A stretch of 64,000 bases of DNA from Magallana gigas (taxonomy: Eukaryota): contig NC_088857.1 in the NCBI RefSeq assembly GCF_963853765.1, positions 56,048,001 through 56,112,000 of the forward strand. The letters are read 5' to 3'. A program made the position numbers and the translations under genes. This document shows, piece after piece, positions 14,431-27,144 of this stretch; position 1 is the first letter of the stretch; every line of letters starts with the position of its first letter. Under the pieces are notes generated by a model. That model had not been told where the DNA came from, did no database searches, and saw only the letters and a program-made list of their open reading frames with translations.

Positions 14431-17245
14431 TCAGAATTCTCTCCATGAATGATGAAGGCCAGTCTTTCTGTTGCAGGCAGCAGGTTTGGGAGATCCCTAC
14501 AAATAAAAATTCACAACTAGAAAACGGATGTTTTGTGAATGCATTTCTTTATACATGTATTTGAAAAGATATCACAAAAATTTAGCATCCAGCAAGAGAT
14601 TCAGGTAAACTGTACATGTATCAGTATCGTAATGGATTGAGAATTATATCAAGCCCCTCACCTTGTAAGTATCACAGATCAGTGCCGTTAAGTCCGCCTC
14701 CGCTTTCTTCTCTATCTCCTCTGTGTGTACCTTCAAAATTTTATCAAATATTGCAAAAATCATGTATATAATGCACCTCTATCTTTTCACAATTGTATGA
14801 AATAGAGCTACTAACAAAAGAACTGTAACATTTTTTGTTCAAACACTTCTTAGCTTAAAATTTCTTCTTAAAACATTGATAAGGAAATACAGTCAAACTT
14901 GTATTAAGCAGTCACCTGCGGGAGGCACCCAAAGTGACCTCTTAACAGAGGTGACCTTTGAATAGAGACTTATGATTTGCAAATACCCAAATTTAAAAGA
15001 CAACATTGGTAATCTGCTTGATAAATTTCACATCTCGGAGAATTTGATATTGATATGGAAAATATAAACAATATTAAAAAGTTCTCTGAGATGTGAAATT
15101 TATCAAGCAGATTACCAATGCTGTCTTTTAAATTTGGGTTATTTTCCTATATTTTATATAGAGATCTTCTTCAAAAGGAGATCAATACAGTTTAAAAATG
15201 GACACAACCATTGGTCCCTCTTAATGGACAAGATATAACTCACCCCATTGAGAGTGACCCAAGGGACATATTTATGTGGTGGGTTGAGGGCCTCTGTTTT
15301 GAGCGCCATCTGGTGTTCCAGGCTGTTGCCAAGGGAACTGGTGGAGCAGTCCATGATTGGCTGTAGGTCTATTCCTTGTTGTTTGGCGCACTGTCAGCCA
15401 AAAAGAAGATGTTGACATAACCAAATCAGCTACAACAACTACAGTAAAACTCGTTTAGTACGAACACAGATATAGCGAATTCTGGGATGTAGTGAAGTAT
15501 TTTGGAGTCCCCGGTAAAATTCTTAACAAATCTTTGCAAAAATTTTCGGTTATAAGGAATTAGGATACAACGAATTTACAGATATAGCAAATTGATTTCG
15601 AGTCCAGTAGAGGTGAATAATAACGAAAATTAACATTTTTATATTGAATTTCTTTACCGTTTAAAAAGTTTGCACTTCCATATAACATTACAGTTTGAAC
15701 GAATTTATTTTCATATAAATTTTCAATTCCAAATCCGATTAGTATATATATTAAAGTAATGTATTTTTATTTAAAGCATCATTTAGCAAAAATTATAGTC
15801 TTGTAAAAGAAAACATGCATGCATATAGAGAATTCGCTTAGTTATTATTACAAATTCATTATACGGATTTAACGAATTACGAATATAACAAAGTATATCC
15901 ACTGGTCCCTAGGACTTCGCTATAACTGAGTTTTACTGTATTGAGATCTGTAAATCTTGTATATGTAGAAGGATAAATTTGTTGTAGGTGAATGCATTCT
16001 AACCTTTTTGGCTGAGAATTGGGGTGTTCCAAATTGATCGTGTTCTATACAGCTGATGAAAGGAAAATATACAGAGATGTTCTTCAACAAGTGAATAGCA
16101 CACGTCTGCAAAGAGAAGACACAACTGTCCATAGAGCATCAAATTTTCATTGCACTTCACTTGATACAAAGAGATGTCAAATCATCTTTCCAATGTTTCT
16201 CTAATATATGACTCTCTCTCACTTACAAGATTCCCTTATGAGCTGCTTACATTCATTCAGAGTAATATATTAACATAGGTAGTCTTTCAAATTGTCTACT
16301 AAAGGATTACCTCAATCAAGTTCCCCACACATTCGTCTTCTCCATGTTGGCAAGTGTATTTCCACTTTCCTGATGCAGCATCTTTTTCTTCCTACAAGAA
16401 TTAATTTGACCTTTTTAAATGTAACTCCTTATTGATTGATTGGTGGTTTTGTTCACAATGCACATTTGCATTTCTGTATGAATTTTTTAACTTTATCATT
16501 ATTATTTTAATTTTGACTAAGGCTATCATTCCAAAAAAGATTTCTTTTGATTTTCTGTATATTTATTGTTGTGTGCATAATTATCTTGGGGATACATACC
16601 CTTGCATTTCCGTAAGGTACAAGTGTAAGGTTAATTATGTCACTTAAGGCAGTGTAAGTCTTGGTCAGCTGGGAGCGAAAAAAGTTCTTGCAGTCCGGAC
16701 ACAATGATTCAAAATACAGAGTGAGCTGAACTTTGTCGGCTTTAGCCTTGGGTTCATAATATCGATGACACTGCTCCATTACCTATGCAAAAGAGGAAGA
16801 GAAAGGTTGTGAAAACATAACAGCTAAAAGGAGTTAACTTTTTACATGTGTATTCAATTTCAATGATATAATATAATTTATGAATTAATACAATTTTGTG
16901 GTGCTATATGAGATTTCTTAAATAGTGATACCAAGAAAAACTGTTATGTGTATCAGTATATTCGTAAACAAATCGAATCCAAAGTGTCTCATTTTTCACT
17001 TATATTTAAGTTAAGTTAACAGTGTTTAAGGAAATTAAAGGACCCTTGACAGCTATATAGGCCCTATATAGTGTCCAGTGATAACTGTTACATTAAACAT
17101 TCATTAAATTTGTAAACTCTACCTGACAATCTCTTGCGACCTCCTCTGAACTACACCAAAATTCAGGAGGCACATTGCATTTTTTTTCCAAAGATGTGGC
17201 AAAAACCACAACAGCGAAAATTACTACTATATGTAACTTCGTCAT
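14431..17245 (-). CDS. IFI30: GILT, copy 2; 7 coding exons
   Basis: Exons 17245-17123, 16782-16600, 16391-16311, 16105-16004, 15390-15244, 14730-14662, 14496-14431. All are GT-AG and phase 0, with the same architecture as copy 1. Active site FESLCPDC, signature [25 protein letters not shown]. Confidence 0.95.
15440..15940. mobile_element. Tc1/mariner-type MITE in GILT2 intron 4
   Basis: TA-flanked termini tacagtaaaactc / gagttttactgta. Confidence 0.8.
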
Positions 17246-19690
17246 GTTGTGTGCAAACTTCATCACATGATAATCACGTGTGTGGTTTAGTATTTCGATC
17301 CCGATGTTATTATCTTAATTAATAAGCTTGTTTCTTTCACAATATTAGATTTGTTAATTGAGTAAATGATTTATTTACATTTGCTATAGTTTTGAATTTT
17401 AATACACATTATGTGGTGTGTACAAAAGATGAAGAAAATTTCCATAAGATAATGGGGAGGGGGGTTGCTTTATGTTATTTGTTGTGTCCAAAGTTTATTC
17501 TCAAAAATTTAAAATATTTAAAAAAGAAAATCATGAAATATCAATAATTCTATCGAAACAAAATCAACACATCCTTATTCGACATTTTAAACAAATCACG
17601 TTACTTTACAAAATTTGTAAAGGTGTATTTTAAATAAGGTCAGAATTTTTTTGGGTGATTAGTATAACGTCAATCGTGCGCCATATTTTCTTTTGACAAA
17701 AGATGAAAATGACAGAAGTTTGTTTACCTCTCCTGATTTACCATTTTCCCTCGTCATAAGATGTCATAATGTTTCCTATTGCACCAGGTATTTTAAGTTA
17801 ATGTGAAATACTTTTAACATAACACGATGCCTTACTAATCTTTATATAAGGTCCAAACAATGTTATCAAAGTGCTTGTTTTGTTTTGATAAAGGTTTCTA
17901 CAACCAAATTAATAGATACAAAACACCAAAAACTCTGAATCAGAGGAAACTTCAACAAATAATTGTTGTTTTGAGTACTTATGCATAAGTTAATGTTATT
18001 ATTTAGTAATGTCTGACAAAAATCAACTTTTTGGTAAAATTGGATGGATATACTGTACATAGTCTAACGTTAATGTAAAATTTATTATCCACATTAAAGT
18101 GTTGATGTTACACCTTGCGGAACAAATGTACCCAACATAGTCATATTTAACATTTTAAGACAAAGAAATCTAATTTTGGGTTTAAAAAATGCAGGTGGAT
18201 TTTTTTCAGTTATTCTTGTGTTATACCCCCCACCCTTTCCCCTTTTCTCGTTCGCCCCAGTGGTTTTTTTTCTCTTCTCTGTAATGTTCATTTCAATATT
18301 TTTTAAATTTATTAAGCTGACTTGCCGTCATGCGAGGTTTACAGTTTTTAGGGTTAAACTTTCAATAAAAAAATGTAAACCGCATTCACAAAATCATTTT
18401 GTTTCAGCGGAAGAGTATTCTTCCTTGGTTTTAGTTTTGAAATTCCTAAATACAAATTTTTCCTTTTCTTCATATGTATGTCATTAAATTGTTTCATATT
18501 ACTTACTGGTTTACATTGTAAATTTAAATAAACAGGCACCTGACGCTAAAAATATTTCATATTACATGTATATAAATAAGATAATTCCTGTCACTAATTT
18601 ATAACAATGTTTCTCATGATACAGCCACTCCTTTTATTAAAATTATGCTCCGAATTCAGTCTACTGCCATTTTTATCGTTAATTCAAGTGGACGATGAAC
18701 AAGTTTACACCTAAAAATAGAAGTGAAGTGGTGAATGGAAATATTTGTACCTATCAATATTGCTTAAATCTCAATTAAAAACCTGAAGCAAATGAGCACC
18801 TCTTAAAAATTCTGAATGTTGACCGTGACAAACCTTGTTATTATTATAGTAAAGGGATTAATTTTATTGCAAAAAAATATTTTTTTAACGTCAGGCACCT
18901 GTGGATTTTCTTTTTTTTTTTTTTAAATCCATCTCAGATGACACCATGCACTGACTTTGTACTGATTTAGAACCTTCTCAATACTATGTAAATTAAAATC
19001 AAAAAGAAAAAATTAGCTTGAACTGGTTCTTATTCCATTGACTTTTAAACTTTGTTTTAACAGTTGGCTACAAAATTAGGATTAAATGTGTGTTGATGGG
19101 CATATTGTGTTTTGCTTTCATTGGTTTTTTTTTCCCTGGTGGTAGATAAAATTAAATAAATTTAGAAGAAGTGTGTTTTTCTTATAAATATGCAATTAAA
19201 ACAATTGCAGACTCAACACTACATTGATTCATACTGCACATGAATATAATCCTTGTGTACTTTATATATTTTTTGTAAGAAATTGAAATGGTACATATAT
19301 GTACTCTAAAAATCAATGTTTACAAGATTTATATAAAAACTGGTAGTTAGGGCTGTCACGGGGGAACAATTTTTAGGGTTGTAATGAGTTTGCTTCAATT
19401 TTGGGTTTTTTGGTTTGGGTCACTTTTAAATAAAAATTCATTTCTTAAACTTCAAAAGTTCATTTTTTCCATTTCTTCTGTCCTTGATAACAAACTTGAA
19501 TACAATAACTAGTCTTCTGACTAGAAATTCAAATTACATATGAACATTATTCTGTTTACTTTAATAAAAAAAAAATTCTATGTAATAATTTCACCACAGA
19601 AAACTTATTTTTGTTAGTTTATTATTAATAAGTGTACCTTTGGCCAATTTTTCAATTCGACATGTCTTTTGTTTTAAGATATATTTTAAT

Positions 19691-19692
<2 letters not shown>

Positions 19693-19721
<29 letters not shown>

Positions 19722-19786
19722 ATGAGCTATTCTGATCACATTTTGTCTGTCGTCGGTCTGTCGGTAAACTTTTCACATTTTCAACA

Positions 19787-19832
<46 letters not shown>

Positions 19833-20619
19833 TCATTTTTAGGCAAAGGGGATTCAAAGTTGTGAAAATTAAGGGCCACACCCGTTTTCAAGGGGAGATA
19901 ATTAGAAATTAATGAAAAATTTCGAGAATTTTTTAAAAAACTTCTTCTCAAGAACCAGAAAGCCAGGAAAGCTGAAACTTGTGTGGAAGCATTCTCAGGT
20001 AGTGCAGATTCAAAGTTGTGAAATTCATGACCCCCGGTGGTAGGGTGGGGCCACAATGGGGGGGTCGAAGTTTTACATAAGAATATATAGAATAAATCTT
20101 TAAAAATCTTCTTCTCAGAAACTAATCAGCCTGGAAAGCTGAAACTTGTGTGGAAGCATCCTCAGGTAGTGTAGATTCAAAGTTGTAAAAATCATGACCC
20201 CTGGGTGTAGGGTGGGGTCGCATTGGGGGGGGGGGATGTGTTAAAGTTTTACATAGGAATATATAGAGTAAATCTTTAAAAATCTTCTTCTCAGAAACTA
20301 AGCAGCCAGATGATTCTTTATAATTGTTAAGACTTTGTCTCCAGGACAATTATTCGGCCTCAGAAGAAGGCTCAGAGTTTGATGTAGCTTTATATCCCAT
20401 ATATAAACAATTGTTAAGGATCTTTTTGAGAACTGCAATACTCAACATGTGATATGACTATAAAATCATCCTGTTAGAAAAGGGACTAATGATTATAAAC
20501 ATAAGAATATCCAGGGGGAAAATGGATTTACTTTATACAGGATCTACATGTATTATTGTACATTGTCAGATTGTTTGTATTATGAGTCCATTAAGCTGAT
20601 TTTATCATACCTATTGTTC

Positions 20620-20653
<34 letters not shown>
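19693..20653 (+). mobile_element. Non-autonomous Helentron-type element carrying ~166-bp Cg170-like satellite monomers
   Basis: Subterminal inverted repeat agctcacctga / tcaggtgagc and a 3' palindrome ggcccatgggcc. The internal ~155-175 bp repeat (ttcttctcaagaac/gaaact...) recurs at ~19787, 19942, 20108 and 20284. The family assignment is from recall of oyster repeats. Confidence 0.8.
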
Positions 20654-20658
<5 letters not shown>

Positions 20659-20950
20659 TAAATGATTGCAGGAGATTTGATGAATCTAATTTGTTAACAA
20701 AATAAGTATATTTATGAATTGAAACAAGTAAAGTCTGATGAGATGTTTGTGTATTTTCTAGTTGCAGGTAATGCACACTGTGTGTTCTATTTTCTGTAAA
20801 CACGAAAATTTTTCCACATCAATTTGCATGGATTTGACTTCTGGCTTTCCTCATTCAATTTCACTCGTATTAATAATAAAATCATAAAATTGTGATCCTA
20901 ACCATTTCTATAAACAAATTTTGAAAACATGTTTGATGTCCAAATCGTAA

Positions 20951-20996
20951 GCCGCCATCTTTGTTTAATGTACTTGTATTTTTCCCTCATACACAG
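20951..20996 (+). promoter_or_regulatory. YY1-like motif GCCGCCATCTT followed by a possible first exon/donor of Argonaute
   Basis: GCCGCCATCTT at 20951-20961 matches the YY1 consensus often found near TSSs. It is followed by ATG TAC...CAC AG|GTAAAT (phase 2). The AG could equally be an acceptor. Confidence 0.25.
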
Positions 20997-21893
20997 GTAA
21001 ATTGCGAGATATTTTTATTTAGAATGAGTGAACAATCATGGATATGCATGGCCAGTTGTACATACAACTCAGTGTTTATTACAAACACAGTTATAGTATT
21101 TCCACACTAATGTACCGTTTAATTTTGGTGCCATTTTTTATAGAATACGAATTCTATTACACAAATTGGAACCGAATGGAAATCTTGAAAAATGGAATCG
21201 AAACCAAAAAGAACAAATTGTTCCTTTCTTCTTCGTTATTTCAGTGACCTGTGACAGCCCTACAGGTAGTCAGTATATATAGCCCTTAATGGCTTGGTTA
21301 TGTCAAACAAGTCATATTTTGTTGTGAATTTGAATGAATATGATTTTTTCCTTTACTAGAAAGCAAAAAAATTTGTTAATAAATGCATCCTCTATGAAAA
21401 CATGTACATTTAATAGGGCAGATCACCTTTGACTGGGTACTAATCATGAGTAAATAAATTCAGCTCATATCACGCCATAGTTAATTGGTAAAACTTTCAA
21501 ATATCAACAGCCGGGAAAGACCTAGTTGTCTTGCAATTAAATCAATATTCAGGTTACTTTTCCTGTCAGCAATTAACACTCTAGGAGATCATTACCTCCC
21601 TTTGAGCAACAAATTCATATTCCAACAAATAACTTCAGCTCTTTATGTTTTCATTTATTTATTCAGAAAGTAAGTCATTTAGCGAGGATATATTGACTTG
21701 ATTAATATGTTTATGTTCAGTTCAGTTCTTAATTTAAGTTTTTCAGCATATTATGTTTGCAATATATAACTTAAATTTGGACAAGGAATCTGTTTAGTAT
21801 TGATATGTAAAGATGTCAAGCCAAAGGTCTTTGAGTTAAGATTCACCTGTGGGGAAGACAATACTTTGCCAGGTACACAGATCATAGATACAT

Positions 21894-22310
21894 TAAAGGG
21901 CATGGTCATGGTTTTTGTTTTTTCATTGATGATGTTTCAGCAGTAAGGCATTTCTACCTGTAATGGTCAACCAAAATTTGAGTGTCAGTCATATGGTTAT
22001 AAGCAAGATACAGAGCTCACAATTCTTTGTTTTGGAAAATAAATTTCATTGTCTTCAGTTTCAAGAGATACATGTACCTAACTATCAAAATATACTGTGG
22101 AATCATTAGATTTCGTGGTGGCTCAATTTTCTTGCAATTCGTGGGTACCTCCAATCCAGGAATTAACATCCTCCACGAATATAGAATTAGGTTAATGTCA
22201 TTTCTTTTTGTAGGTATGAGAGAATACACGAAATTACGTCCTCATGAACCTGTAAATATTAAGCAATCCACCAAAATTGGCCCCCACGAAATTTACTGAT
22301 TCCACAGTAT
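21894..22310 (+). mobile_element. Truncated TTAA-family MITE adjoining a TACTGTGGAATCA-terminated MITE (~22092-22310)
   Basis: ttaaagggcatggtca start and gcaagatacagagctcacaattct body. The second element has termini tactgtggaatca / tgattccacagta. Confidence 0.7.
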
Positions 22311-22989
22311 GTTTAATCTTTTCTACATGTACTGATCGGGCAGGGTTGGTATACATATATTGGGGAACACCAATGTACTCAAGTCTTCTGTTTGACAGCC
22401 ACAGTTCATTGTTTACAAAGCATTCTCACAAATTATTTACATAATGAGTTACACCATAAAAGACGAATGTTATGTAACAAATTAAGAGGACAAAATATCA
22501 TTTCTGTCACTTCTGTGCCAAGGTCCATTACTGTCACTCATGATAAGGCTGTTGCAAAATTATTCAATTCAGTTTTGAAAGTTAGAAATAGTATCCAGAT
22601 ACTACTAATAACAGAGAGATTGCACAGTGACTGCTTTATAGAGAAGTAGGGGATACTTTCATATCATATGACATTCTCTCAAAATACATAATTAATGTCA
22701 TTTTTCCTTGAATTTATGGCTTTAAATAACCAATATTCTTGTCACAGGCTCCTGACATTTTGCATTTTTCTCATATATTAAAAAATATACCCAAACCTAA
22801 TAATTTGGGGTGGGGGGGGGATCCATTCCTCTGATGAATGTCAAGAAATGACTTTAAGGCCAAGGACATTCAAATTAGTTACCATGTTAAGGAGAATATT
22901 ATGTTGTTTACTAGCAGTCAAGGTCAGAAGTCAGTTGAGGGTGATTTGTGATTTGATTCAGTCAACAATGTACTTGGAGTCTTGATGGA

Positions 22990-23326
22990 TTAAGGTGGAA
23001 TAACACACCTGGAAAAAGTCACTCAAATTAACAGAAAATGATTTGATTATGAAAGATATAATGATAAATAAACTGTACATAAGTCAAATAAGCGAAAATA
23101 TTGCAGTTTTTGGATAAAAATGAATATCTAAAAAAATTAATTCAGTAAATAACAACAAAAGCCCTGCGGGATTCGAACTCGGGATGTACGGATCACAAGC
23201 CCGACAATTTATCCACTCGGATATGAAGTAAGTTACATGTTGGCGTCGATAAAATCCTTTTAAAAAACGAAATGTCATTTCGATAAGAGGTGAGCCATTT
23301 TGTGATGATGTGTTATTCCACCTTAA
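22990..23326. mobile_element. TTAA-flanked MITE containing a tRNA-like segment
   Basis: Perfect 17-bp terminal inverted repeat ttaaggtggaataacac / gtgttattccaccttaa. The minus strand at 23161-23225 has a B-box-like gagttcgaatccc and a cttgtga loop. Confidence 0.8.
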
Positions 23327-24105
23327 GTGTTTTAGATAATGATACTGTTTCCTGGAATCCATTGGGTTATTGATGATCTGCTATGTTCTTCTTCAGGCTT
23401 CAGGCTTCCAGTTTTACAGCTGAACAATTTTGTTGTTATGCAATATTTACTGGCAGATTAATTTTCTAAGCAATGATATTTCTACATTTTTATAAAGGAG
23501 TCTTTGACACTTGGATTGGAAAATAACCATAACATTTTAGTCTAATTGAGAAAAAACCAGTTTTATATTAAGCCATTTAACAATACTGGTAAATGCAATT
23601 TTATTTTTTCCTTTCTGCGTAAAGAAGCATGGAAGACTTAGTATGTTTTTAAAATGATTATTCATACCAGTGCCTTATTTCTGATGGAATTTAGTTGTAG
23701 AAAAATCACTGTTAAATCTGCCAAAAAAGTACTTACTATTCATTTCATTGTGGAATAAATACATGTGATCACTTCATGTAAGATGAACTTTAAAATGATC
23801 TTTAGGAATTGTCCTTTCTGGCTGGGAATTATTTACCATAATCATATTTCACTGGTAGACCCAGAAAATGCATGATATAGCATATTGCTAAGACAATTGT
23901 TGAAAATTTAATATAAACATTTCTTTTGTAAGTTTTGAGAATTTTTTCAGAAATAAGGGGTCTGCAGTTGGCGTTAGGATCTAGCATTGTCTGTCCCCGA
24001 AATAGACATTGCCCTCGTCCTTCTCCCTCGGTTAACGTGATATTTTTGTCTTGTTAGTGCTTTTTTCCAATATGAATGACGCTGCTTTTTTGTTTTTATT
24101 GCAAG

Positions 24106-24201
24106 GTATAGCCGGCTTAGTCACCCAGCAACTGAATGGGGCAAGTCATGGTGGGTGTACTGACCTGCAGCCACCTAACGGAATCCTATCGGCAGACATA
24201 C
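24106..24201 (+). other. Candidate upstream Argonaute exon (96 nt, phase 1-1)
   Basis: Preceded by a T-rich tract ending GCAAG and followed by GTAAAT. It is open in the frame (IAGLVTQQLNG...LSADI) that joins exon 27849 in phase. No homology check was possible. Confidence 0.35.
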
Positions 24202-25007
24202 GTAAATTTTCCCCCCTTTATTACTCTCCAAACTCAAATTGTGTTTACACAGCCCCAGAAGTATCACTGATAAGGGGGTATTTATGTTTGGGGGAGCAGA
24301 AAATTGTAGATGTTAATCTGTATGGAAAAAATGGTTTTCTTTACAGGTGCTTTCATTGTTGCCAATATATATTGTTGGTGTATTAAAAAATTGACTATGC
24401 TTGATATTTCTGGTATGCCATAATGTAAGCACAGTTTTGACCAGAATTTGTGAAATGCTTTGAGATTTTTTCAATGCCAAAGAAGTTTGCATGCTGATAT
24501 TTTTATAACCAGCATTCACAGATCATTATATTCCACAAGCAGTTCACACAAATACATTGTATGTGTGCAGTGTTTTTCATGAATGTGTTATGACAATTTG
24601 TACTTTTTTAGCATGCAGAAATAGTCTAATTTTGAAAATACATGAAATCCATCTGTGAGAAGAAAAATAAATACCTCTCTCCTTTTCAGTGAACATGAAC
24701 CAAAAGTCGGTCATAGACTACAGTGTAGATCTAAGTTTACAATACGAGGGCCTATCTGCATGCATGTAAACAAAGATTTGTACTTTTTACATCCTAGGAG
24801 CAAGTAGCCATGACTTACACATGTTACATGTGCAATAGAATTCCAACCCTAGTCTATAAGTATTGCAGTAATTTCGTGTTTGAGAGAGTTTGCATGAGTA
24901 GTGTGTCCTGAGAGTCTGTACGTGACCACACAGATACAGGTGTGATCTGTACCTGTACCACCTGATACACCTGTCCTGTCTCACCTGTCTGTCTGCTTCC
25001 TTTACAG

Positions 25008-25048
25008 GGTCCACCTTTGGTCCTTTTACCACAGTCCCCCCACCAGAA
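25008..25048 (+). other. Candidate upstream Argonaute micro-exon (41 nt)
   Basis: Strong acceptor (ctgcttcctttacag) and donor (gtaagt). It reads VHLWSFYHSPPPE in the frame that joins 27849 but needs a phase-2 upstream exon. Confidence 0.35.
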
Positions 25049-25200
25049 CGTAAGTACCTTTACCCACTAGTACTGTATGATTATAATTACCGTACAATAT
25101 TACAGGGTATTGTACTGTTGGTGAAAAGATATATTGATGTTTCTGAGTTTATTTATAAATACTAGTAATATGTTATCTGTTCGATGGTACTGACATGAAA

Positions 25201-25686
25201 TACTGTGTACAGGAAAATATTTGTCCCCCTTTTGTTTTCACCCCTCTTGCCCTCATTGTCAGAGGCGAATTGAAGACATGGCGAATTCCAATGTCTCAAA
25301 TTATCTCTGAGTCTCTTCAAACACAAATGTTTAACGGTAAATTCAAGGTGTTTGCAAGTGTAGAAGGGCCAGAAAATTACACAGAGCAAAACAACTCTGT
25401 ATACAGTATACTCTTAACTAGAAGATTTTTTATCGCTGGGTTTATTAGGATACAAATCTGATTGTAGTGAACTATTAATATATAACTGTATACAGGGTTA
25501 TTTTCACCCTAAGTAATTTTCGGCCTTTTACACTTGCCAAGGATTTCGCCCAGTCTTGAGTTCGCCTAGATGCATTTGTGTTAACAGAGATATTATTTGC
25601 AATATACAATTCGCCCAGTCTTAAATTCTCCCTCTGACAACGAGGGCGAAAATAAAATGGGGGCAAATATTTCCCTGTATACAGTA
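25201..25686. mobile_element. Two related ~200-bp MITEs in inverted orientation (25201-25408 and 25485-25686)
   Basis: Each has tactgt(g/a)tacag...ctgtatacagta termini. The reverse complement of the second aligns with the start of the first (ggaaatatttgcccc...ttgtcagagg...gactgggcgaatt). Confidence 0.75.
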
Positions 25687-26306
25687 GTTGGTGATACAAT
25701 TTATTACTGAGTTTATTTATTATGATATAAATCTGTTAGTTCTGATTTATTAATAGTGTACTGTTGGCTAAGAGATTTTTTGCTGAGTTAATTATGATAT
25801 AAATCTGTTTGATTGTAGTGAATTATGAGGGTAAGACTAAACGCATACAAATTTAACATGTTTAACATATTCTGGAATGTCATTTCCATCTCTCATTGTT
25901 AAAAAAAAATGACCTTTTCTATAAATACAAATTTATTGCATAACCAAGATACCTGTACTTTATTCTCATTTTATTGCTGTGAGATGAAAATGAGAGTGAA
26001 AAATTAATGTTGTAGTATGCTGAGGCATAGCTTAAGGTGGCTCTCTATATCTTAATAGTTTCTCAAATTGGCAGAATTCCATATAACTTCTGCATATCAA
26101 TTTATGGAAGGCTTTGATTATTTGATGCAGGATTTTAACAAAATGTACAAATCTCATTGTTCTTTATTCTGTATATGCCATGAACTCCTTACATCACACG
26201 TAATTATCTTGTGTCTGAGGTTAACTCTTTCCCAAGCTTTTATGTTCTGGCATAAAACATATCTTTACCTTTCTAATGTACATAATGTATTTCTAATTTC
26301 ATGCTT

Positions 26307-26826
26307 TAAAGGGACTTGGACACGATTTGAGATTAAAAAAAATTATTTTATTTTTTATGTATAATATGGTTTACTGGTGCATTTTAAATGATTGACCTAA
26401 ATATTGAATGTTAAAGTCAAGTTACAAATGATATACAGATGTAAGAATTGGTTGTTATGTAAACAAAGCTCGAGTCTTATAGTTGTTTACAAAAATGTAA
26501 TGCAGAGAATTACCATTTTTTTTAGACAAAATGACACGTAAAAAACAATTTTAACTAATTCAGTATCTTCTTAAATACTAAAACAACAAAAGAAAGATAC
26601 ATTTGATTGAAAATTACACCAATACTATACATATGTAAAAATGACAATATTCGAGCTTTGTTTACAAAACAAAGAATTATGAACTCTGTATCTTGCTCAT
26701 AACTTGATATTTGACTTCCAAAATTTGACATAGCATTATAAAATTCTATATTTATCATTATAAACATTGAAAATGCAAAAATAAATTTTGAAAATTTTAA
26801 GTCAAATCGTGTTTAAGTCCCTTTAA
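26307..26826. mobile_element. TTAA-flanked MITE, relative of the AAGGGGCATGG family
   Basis: Termini ttaaagggacttggacacgattt / aaatcgtgtttaagtccctttaa. Confidence 0.75.
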
Positions 26827-26966
26827 TACAATGTATTTAATGTACTGAGGGAGAAGTGAAGTCCTGTAATGTTTTAGAGATCATTTCATTTCCCCACTAC
26901 CCTAACACGATGGAATTATAGAAATAAAAAAGTTATCTTCTCATTTAATTCATTTTAATCGGTATA

Positions 26967-27144
26967 TACAGTCAACCTCGTTATCTCGAACTAGATGAGA
27001 CTAGTTAAAAACTTTGAGATATCCGGGTATTCGAGATATCAAGGGTAAAATACTAAAAGTTTAAGTATTTGGGACCTAAAAATCACTTCGACATATCCAT
27101 TGTATTCAAGATATCAGTATTCGAGATACCGAAGTTCAACTGTA
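26967..27144. mobile_element. Tc1/mariner-type MITE
   Basis: TA-flanked termini tacagtcaacctcgttatctcgaa / ttcgagataccgaagttcaactgta. Confidence 0.75.
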
